Shown here: piece by piece, positions 44,068-49,973 of the stretch
Layout of the letters: every line of letters begins with the position of its first letter
How positions within the stretch are numbered: the stretch's first letter is position 1
Origin: Candidatus Enterousia sp.
Lineage (GTDB): Bacteria; Pseudomonadota; Alphaproteobacteria; Rs-D84
Length of the DNA: 49,973 nucleotides
Direction: 5' to 3'
NCBI GenBank assembly: GCA_045539815.1
Contig: JAZQGC010000033.1
Span: 1 to 49,973 of the forward strand
The notes under the pieces: generated by a model
What the model was told of the DNA's origin: nothing
Database searches by the model: none
Seen by the model: only the letters and a program-made list of their open reading frames with translations
Position numbers and translations under genes: made by a program

Positions 44068-44122
44068 TTCTTATATTTCCTTGGTTATTCGCGCGCATTA
44101 TAACAATGTTTTTTTTACTTCG

Positions 44123-44155
44123 CAATAATATAAAACCCCGTTGTTTCACGGGGTT
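44123..44155 (-). terminator. Intrinsic terminator after the RND pump gene
   Basis: aaccccg (44134-44140) / cggggtt (44149-44155). The minus-strand T-rich tract corresponds to 44123-44133. Confidence 0.65.
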
Positions 44156-44162
44156 ATATTTT

Positions 44163-47100
44163 TTAATTACGACGCTTGTGCCATGTGCGTGCACGCTCAA
44201 TCAACAAGAACAGCGCAGGCGTTAATGTAAATGTAAATATTAAACTGGCCAACATACCACCAATCATTACCGCACCCATCGCAACCTTCATGCCGTCAAT
44301 AGACCATAACTGTGGAACCATACCGGCAATAACAGCAATTGATGTCATCAGAACCATATTCTTTTTATCCATCAATTCTGTCCACAATGCTTCATAGGCG
44401 CGTTCACCATTACTGATACGAACAATCGTTGGTTCCAACACCAAAATATTATTATTTACGACCAATCCAACCAACATAACAAATGCCAACATTGCGCCAA
44501 CATTTAATGTTGCACCAGATAAAAACATCATCAAAAATACACCAATAAAACTGGTTAATATCGATGTTGCAATTGTAAATGGATGCGCCAAAGAATTTAA
44601 TATCGCAGCCAACAACATAAATGTCAAAATAGTCGCCAATAAAAACGCATGACCAATTTCACTGGCAGATTCTGCCTGGGTATCCGACATACCGCCAAAC
44701 TGATAGAAATATCCAGATTCCCAATCAAACTGGTTCAGTGCGGATTCTATTTTTGCCTGGACAGGTCCCATTGTAGATTTTCCGATATTGATATCCAGTT
44801 CTGTGTATCTGTTTTTGTCTTCGCGGCGAATATCAGGCGTAGCACGTGCCATCTGAACATCACCCAATTCAGACAAAGAAACCAATCCTTTTTGTGAATT
44901 AATGTAAACATTATCAAACAAAGAAGATGTTTTGAACGGCTTTGCAAATTCCAATATTATCGGATATTCTTCGCCATTTTCTTTGTACTTGTAATCATCA
45001 TTACCGAACAAAGCTGTGCGTAATGTCGTCCCTGCATACGCATTTTGAACACCCCAGAAATTCATCTGTTCTTGGTTTGGAATAAACTGGGTTTCCAATG
45101 CAGGTAACTGTTGTGCACGAACAGCGGACTGAACATCTGATATTTTATTAATTGCGTCAATTGCTGCGTCCGCATAGGCTTCGCGCTTTTCATCGTCTGG
45201 TCCAAAAATATTCAGAACCAAATCAGATGTAATACCAGACGAATTTGATTCACCTGCACGAATCTGAATTTCAACATCCGCAATATCAGATATCACTGGC
45301 AAAATTTTCTGAGCCAACATTTTATCTGAAATATTTCTGTCAGAAACATCCACCAATTCAACAGTAACTGTTATGTTTTGCAGACCACGTTCACCAATCT
45401 TTACAGTCGTTGTCAAAACTTCTGGGAACTGTTTTAAGCCCTGTTCAATTTGTTTTGCAATTGATTCAGACTTTTCAAATGTCGCCCCCATTGGCGCACG
45501 CGCAGTAATTGTTATTTCATTAACGTCTGTTGTTGGCGCAAATTCATTACCAACAAATCGCATCAAAGACACAGACCCAAAGAATAAAATCGCAACCAAA
45601 CCAATAACACGCCACGGATGAGCCGACTGAACATCGTACCAACGACGCAACCAGCTGTCTGATTTAGACTGTTTTTTTATCTGGGCTGATTGTGAAGCCG
45701 CTTTTTTATTCTTGTCTGTTAAACGCAAAAACTTTGCAATCATCATTGGTGTCAATGTAAATGAAAACATCAATGATAACAGGGTTAAGTATACAACGGT
45801 CATACCAAACTGGACCATAAATTGTCCAACGATACCACCCATAAACGCCAACGGCAAGAACACAACAACATTTGTTCCAACACCCGCCAATACAGATACT
45901 GCAACCTTTTTAGTTCCATCAATTGCGGCATCTTCTGGGTTTTTACCAGCGCGCATTTCTTGCAGTGCAGACTCAATCAAAATAATCGCATTCGAAACCA
46001 ATGTACCCAACGCAGATGAATACGCCAATAAAGTCATCGCATTAATTGTAAACGCGTTATTGTCCATAAAGAAAAATCCTGCAATCAATGACGCAGGAAT
46101 AACAACACCTGCAATAATCGTTGAACGCCAATTACGTGTAAATGCCAACAATACCAAAACGGTAAAAACAACACCCAATATAATACCATTGATTGTACTG
46201 TCTGTTTCATCCGCGACCGCAACCGAAGAATCCGATGCAATTAACATGGACGCGTTCGGAAATCTGGATTGTAAATCAGCCTGAAATTCTGGTAATTTTT
46301 CACGCAACGAATTTGATATGTTTATTGCATTACCATCCGAAGATTTTACAACCGATGCAATAACAACACTTTCACCATTGTATCGCGCCCCCGTTTCAAC
46401 ATCACGCGCAGCATCGGTAATTGTTGCAATATCAGACAATGAAAAAACATCACCTTCAACAGTTGTTAATTGCAGATTTGCAATCTCGTCAACAGATGCA
46501 AATTCACCAATAAAACGAACATTAGATGAATCGTGACTGGTTTCAATTTTTCCACCAGGAACATTTAAATTATGCGCACCCAATGCAGACACAACATCCA
46601 TCACAGTTACGCCGCTGACCGCCATTAAGTCTGGATTCATTTGAATACGCACGGCACGTTCCAAACCACCAAAAACAGACACACTGGCAACACCAGGAAT
46701 AGATGTAATTTTTGTAGATAAAATATCATCAACATATTCTTCCATGTCACGGGCATCGCCACCACGCAAAACAATATCCACAACAGATTCTTGCAATGGA
46801 TTTAACTTTTCAACAACCGGCTGTTCCATATCTGTTGGAAATTCAGAAATCAAAGAATCTAATTTTGTTTTTACTTCGGTCGCCTTGTCATTAACATCAA
46901 CACCCAGGTTAAATTCAGCCATAACAAAACCACTGTTTTCGTATGCCTGGGCTGTTATCTTTTTTAATTCAGATACTTCTGATATTGCGTCTTCTGCGCG
47001 TTTAATAATTTGCGATTCTATTTCTTCGGAATTCGCACCAGGATAAACAAATGTTGCCGTAACCATTGGAAAATCAACCGCAGGTGTGCGTTCAATATTC

Positions 47101-47189
47101 ATATTAGGAAACGAAACAAACCCCAATACAACCCATAACAAAACAAACATTAATGTCGTTACCGGACGACGAACAAAAAACTTTAACAT
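44163..47189 (-). CDS. RND-family efflux transporter, inner-membrane permease (AcrB/AcrD/AcrF-like)
   Basis: 1008 aa. N-terminus FFVRRPVTTLMFVLLWVVLG, two large periplasmic loops, 12-TM layout. Last gene of the marR-tolC-adaptor-RND operon. Confidence 0.93.
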   Translation of the reverse strand: MLKFFVRRPVTTLMFVLLWVVLGFVSFPNMNIERTPAVDFPMVTATFVYPGANSEEIESQIIKRAEDAISEVSELKKITAQAYENSGFVMAEFNLGVDVNDKATEVKTKLDSLISEFPTDMEQPVVEKLNPLQESVVDIVLRGGDARDMEEYVDDILSTKITSIPGVASVSVFGGLERAVRIQMNPDLMAVSGVTVMDVVSALGAHNLNVPGGKIETSHDSSNVRFIGEFASVDEIANLQLTTVEGDVFSLSDIATITDAARDVETGARYNGESVVIASVVKSSDGNAINISNSLREKLPEFQADLQSRFPNASMLIASDSSVAVADETDSTINGIILGVVFTVLVLLAFTRNWRSTIIAGVVIPASLIAGFFFMDNNAFTINAMTLLAYSSALGTLVSNAIILIESALQEMRAGKNPEDAAIDGTKKVAVSVLAGVGTNVVVFLPLAFMGGIVGQFMVQFGMTVVYLTLLSLMFSFTLTPMMIAKFLRLTDKNKKAASQSAQIKKQSKSDSWLRRWYDVQSAHPWRVIGLVAILFFGSVSLMRFVGNEFAPTTDVNEITITARAPMGATFEKSESIAKQIEQGLKQFPEVLTTTVKIGERGLQNITVTVELVDVSDRNISDKMLAQKILPVISDIADVEIQIRAGESNSSGITSDLVLNIFGPDDEKREAYADAAIDAINKISDVQSAVRAQQLPALETQFIPNQEQMNFWGVQNAYAGTTLRTALFGNDDYKYKENGEEYPIILEFAKPFKTSSLFDNVYINSQKGLVSLSELGDVQMARATPDIRREDKNRYTELDINIGKSTMGPVQAKIESALNQFDWESGYFYQFGGMSDTQAESASEIGHAFLLATILTFMLLAAILNSLAHPFTIATSILTSFIGVFLMMFLSGATLNVGAMLAFVMLVGLVVNNNILVLEPTIVRISNGERAYEALWTELMDKKNMVLMTSIAVIAGMVPQLWSIDGMKVAMGAVMIGGMLASLIFTFTLTPALFLLIERARTWHKRRN

Positions 47190-47211
47190 GATATCACTTC
47201 CTTGGCTTTTC

Positions 47212-47811
47212 TTATTTTACAACTTTTACTTTATCCCCAGATTTTACCTTGGATAATATAACAATATCGCCATCGTTTAACCCCGATGTGATATATGCAT
47301 TTTTCGAATCTTGGCGTACAACATTAACATCACGCGCAACAGCATGACCATCCTGGGCAACAAAGACAACACCATCAGACACCGCATACAATGGGACAAA
47401 ATATCCATCGGCAGTAAATTCTGCATAATGCAAACCATCCGATACACCCGCGGTACGAACCACAAATAAACCTGTGTTTATATCAATGTTTTTTGACACA
47501 TATGTTATCTTGCCCGTCCCAATTTTTTGACCAGCACTTAATTTAGCCGCACGATTTCCCGTTACATATGCACGATTGTTTTTTACATGCAACGGTTCAT
47601 ACAAAACACCAGCCGTATTTGACACAACAACAGATTCAATTGGCATGCCTTGGTCTGCGGCAACACGCGACGCGTTGAACACATAACGCGCATTTTCTGA
47701 TGCAACCGCAGCAAATCTGAACGCGCCCCAGCCAACAAACAAGCTGACCAATACAATATAACATGTATGTTTGAATTTTTTCGTCTTGATAGTTTTTTGT
47801 ATTTTTTCCAT
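47212..47811 (-). CDS. Minimal RND periplasmic adaptor (MFP) of ~199 aa, apparently lacking the alpha-helical hairpin
   Basis: ORF 47212-47820, with a GTG as the track start. The ATG at 47811 has the SD ggtgag and sits 1 nt after the tolC stop. TM anchor. The C-terminal VFVAQDGHAVARDVNVVRQDSKNAYITSGLNDGDIVILS...GDKVKV is typical of MFP beta-barrel and membrane-proximal regions. Confidence 0.7.
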   Translation of the reverse strand: MEKIQKTIKTKKFKHTCYIVLVSLFVGWGAFRFAAVASENARYVFNASRVAADQGMPIESVVVSNTAGVLYEPLHVKNNRAYVTGNRAAKLSAGQKIGTGKITYVSKNIDINTGLFVVRTAGVSDGLHYAEFTADGYFVPLYAVSDGVVFVAQDGHAVARDVNVVRQDSKNAYITSGLNDGDIVILSKVKSGDKVKVVK

Positions 47812-47812
47812 T

Positions 47813-49138
47813 TTACTCACCCAATTTTTTTACAGATTCCGCAGACATTAAAATTTTGTATTTTGTATTCAATAACGCAACATCCAACTGATACAACCCT
47901 GCGGCAACATCCGCCAATTCAACCGCAGATGTTTGCCCCGCACCAAAACGATTCTGGGACAAAGTGTATGTTTTTGCCGCCAAATCACGTGCCTTGATTA
48001 ACGTAGATAAATTTCCACGCAAGTGATTATATTGTTTAATCGCATTATCATATTGTTCTGTTGTTAATTTTTTAGATTTTTCCAGTTCTTCATTTGCAGC
48101 CGCCGCATTCATTGCTTCGATGGTTGCATTTGCACGATTTATCCCGCCACTGAATATCGGAACCTGCAACGCCAATCCCCAGTATGCAGATTGACTGCCC
48201 GACTTGTCAAACAAATGCCCAACATCACCAGACAGCGCTGAATAGCTGTACGATGCCGTTGCCGCCAATGTTGGATATGCACCCGCACGCTGGGAACGCG
48301 CCAAATTTTCATACATATTAACCTGTTCACCCAACAATTCCCATTGTGGCGTGGTCTTTAATTCGCCGGCATTTAAGTCTGCGAATTTTTTCGGAAAATT
48401 ATCAGTCAAAACTATCGTTTCGTCCAGATTAATCCCCGCCATAATTTTTAACATACGATACGCTGTATCACGATTAAATTTCGCATCAGAAACATTTATT
48501 TCTTTGGTCGCAATATCTGATTCTATTTTTAACAGATTGCTGCGATTGGCACGACCAGCAGATGTTAACTTTTGCTTTGCGTCGCGCGCATTTTTTAAAT
48601 CAGTTTCCGATAATTTTACAATTTCATCTGTCATTTTTGCAGTCCAATACAAATCAGCTGCGGCATATTTTACTTCGCGCAAAACCATTTCTTTGGATGC
48701 CTGGGACATTTTTATTGCAGACTTAACAGATTTAACCGCATTACCAATTTTCCCAAATGTATAAATCGGTTGTGTCAAAGATACGCCTGCTTGAAAAATA
48801 TTGTCTGGGATTTCAAAAGACACTGCCTGGTCTTTTAAACTGTCTGAAATCAAACCGCCCAATTCTGGTGGCAGATTTATCAGCTGGGATTCAGATGGAT
48901 TTTCAACATTTACCATATTCATGTATGATGCCGTACCTTCCAGTTTAAACCATCTGCTGGCATTTGCCGCATCCAGTTGCGCCTGGGCCTGTTTCAGATT
49001 TGCATCAGCCTTTTTATAATCATTTGATTCAGATACAATCATATCAACCGCGTCTTTTAACGACAAATCCAACGCAAAAGATGACGCAGAAAACAGCGTA
49101 ACACCACCGCATAAAAAAACAGACAATATTTTTTTCAT
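47813..49138 (-). CDS. TolC-family outer-membrane efflux protein
   Basis: 441 aa. Signal peptide. Two-fold repeated coiled-coil/beta pattern (LKDAVDMIVSESNDYKKADANLKQAQAQLDAA...). Operon context. Confidence 0.88.
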   Translation of the reverse strand: MKKILSVFLCGGVTLFSASSFALDLSLKDAVDMIVSESNDYKKADANLKQAQAQLDAANASRWFKLEGTASYMNMVNVENPSESQLINLPPELGGLISDSLKDQAVSFEIPDNIFQAGVSLTQPIYTFGKIGNAVKSVKSAIKMSQASKEMVLREVKYAAADLYWTAKMTDEIVKLSETDLKNARDAKQKLTSAGRANRSNLLKIESDIATKEINVSDAKFNRDTAYRMLKIMAGINLDETIVLTDNFPKKFADLNAGELKTTPQWELLGEQVNMYENLARSQRAGAYPTLAATASYSYSALSGDVGHLFDKSGSQSAYWGLALQVPIFSGGINRANATIEAMNAAAANEELEKSKKLTTEQYDNAIKQYNHLRGNLSTLIKARDLAAKTYTLSQNRFGAGQTSAVELADVAAGLYQLDVALLNTKYKILMSAESVKKLGE

Positions 49139-49139
49139 T

Positions 49140-49586
49140 TTAATTTCCTTGGTCTAGATTACTTAAAATATTATGTAATGTATCCAACGCAGCCACCAAA
49201 CGGCGTTCGTCCGCATCAGACAATCCGGCAAATATTTTTTCAATACCGCTGCGAAACAAATCCATTGCACGCACCGCCAAGTCCGCCCCCGACGCAGATA
49301 CAGAATACCATGTATTGCGACGATCCGATTCGTCAATTGTTCGCACAACAAAACCATCGCGTTCCAACTTTCTGAATGCTGCGCACAGGTTTGGTGCAGA
49401 CATATGTTCACGACGGGCAATATCTTTTAACTTGGCCGGCCCACCGTTATGCAAACGAACCAATATTGCCGTCAATTGACGCGGATAACCGGTCGTCTCG
49501 ACCCGTTCCAGACGTAACTTGTCCGCCATTTTGTCCAGCGTCCAAATATTTTTCTCGAATAAAGAAACAAATTCCTTGCGCGACAT
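49140..49586 (-). CDS. MarR-family transcriptional regulator
   Basis: 148 aa. Winged-helix segment LTAILVRLHNGGPAKLKDIARREHMSAPNLCAAFRKLERDGFVVRTIDESDRRNTWYSVSASG. First gene of the efflux operon. Confidence 0.88.
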   Translation of the reverse strand: MSRKEFVSLFEKNIWTLDKMADKLRLERVETTGYPRQLTAILVRLHNGGPAKLKDIARREHMSAPNLCAAFRKLERDGFVVRTIDESDRRNTWYSVSASGADLAVRAMDLFRSGIEKIFAGLSDADERRLVAALDTLHNILSNLDQGN

Positions 49587-49710
49587 GATTGCCCCCTGTA
49601 TAATCGGATAGGATTACAAAACATTAAATCTGTTAAAGATTATAATAATTAATATTTTTTTGCAAGTGTTTTTATTCAAAAAAAATATATTGCGTTTATA
49701 AAAAATGTTA

Positions 49711-49738
49711 TTGCAATTGTTTTCTATTTAATTATAAT
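49711..49738 (+). promoter_or_regulatory. Sigma70-like promoter for tRNA-Gln
   Basis: ttgcaa, 16-nt spacer, tataat. The -10 ends 12 nt before the mature tRNA 5' end. Confidence 0.55.
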
Positions 49739-49750
49739 CAATTTCGCAAT

Positions 49751-49824
49751 TGGGGTGTCGTCTAATGGTAGGACAAGAGATTTTGGTTCTCTTTATCATG
49801 GTTCGAATCCGTGCGCCCCAACCA
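49751..49824 (+). tRNA. trnQ: tRNA-Gln (anticodon UUG), CCA end encoded
   Basis: tggggtgtcgtctaatggtaggacaagagattttggttctctttatcatggttcgaatccgtgcgccccaacca. U1-A72 acceptor pair typical of bacterial tRNA-Gln, anticodon loop uuUUGgu, T-loop GGTTCGAATCC. Confidence 0.93.
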
Positions 49825-49835
49825 AAAATAAAACA

Positions 49836-49860
49836 ATGCCCACAGGGGGCATTTTTTATT
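49836..49860 (+). terminator. Intrinsic terminator after tRNA-Gln
   Basis: atgccc (49836-49841) acagg gggcat (49847-49852), followed by tttttatttt. Confidence 0.7.
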
Positions 49861-49890
49861 TTGGTATACGTCACGGTTTGTGCAAACTGT

Positions 49891-49973
49891 TTAATTTCGT
49901 TCGCACTGCAAAACATTATCAATGTTTTGTACGCGTTTCAGTAAATCTTTGATTTCCAAAAACGCTAGTGGGG
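49891..49973 (-). CDS. Possible 3' end of a minus-strand gene running in from beyond the right edge (last ~27 codons)
   Basis: Open frame from the window edge reading ...PLAFLEIKDLLKRVQNIDNVLQCERN, then a stop (tta at 49891-49893). Too short to identify. Confidence 0.25.
   Translation of the reverse strand, partial: PLAFLEIKDLLKRVQNIDNVLQCERN

Overview
About 50 kb of an AT-rich, tightly packed bacterial chromosome. Gene content and synteny look alphaproteobacterial and genome-reduced; this taxon call is inference only. The evidence is a GapR/DUF2312 protein, def-fmt-truA, rpmF-plsX, many 1-8 nt gene junctions, and shortened fmt, rmuC and efflux-adaptor genes. Most of the window is housekeeping: nusA-infB, lpxD-fabZ, a stand-alone mraZ, adk, rpsA, rpmF-plsX, and the tRNA-Trp-secE-nusG-rplKAJL-rpoBC block. 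Further housekeeping genes are yidC-lspA, a KefB-like CPA2 antiporter, recR-rsmA, a DacA-type DD-carboxypeptidase with a SPOR tail, and pyk. The rest is gapR-RNHCP-comEC, def-fmt-truA, rmuC, a marR-tolC-adaptor-RND efflux operon and tRNA-Gln. The only clearly accessory segment is 23.6-29.5 kb. It holds a self-contained plus-strand operon (own sigma70-like promoter, tandem terminators) encoding VirB8-, VirB9- and VirB10-like proteins, with no T4SS ATPase, pilin, VirB6 or coupling protein anywhere in the window. The VirB9-like protein ends in a SPOR peptidoglycan-binding domain. The VirB10-like protein carries an extra N-terminal beta-sandwich module and a 198-aa, 12-cysteine C-terminal tail. 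Two orphan ORFs follow, one markedly AT-richer than its surroundings. Non-coding observations: a hairpin-core repeat family with fully compensated stem substitutions (1-338); phased direct repeats over the mraZ promoter; mutually exclusive helices around the rpsA start; and large hairpins in the rpoB-rpoC and rplL-rpoB spacers. Two sub-60-aa genes missing from the ORF track (rpmF, secE) and two tRNAs were read directly from the sequence. All family assignments come from motif recognition by eye. No database search or numerical computation was run.
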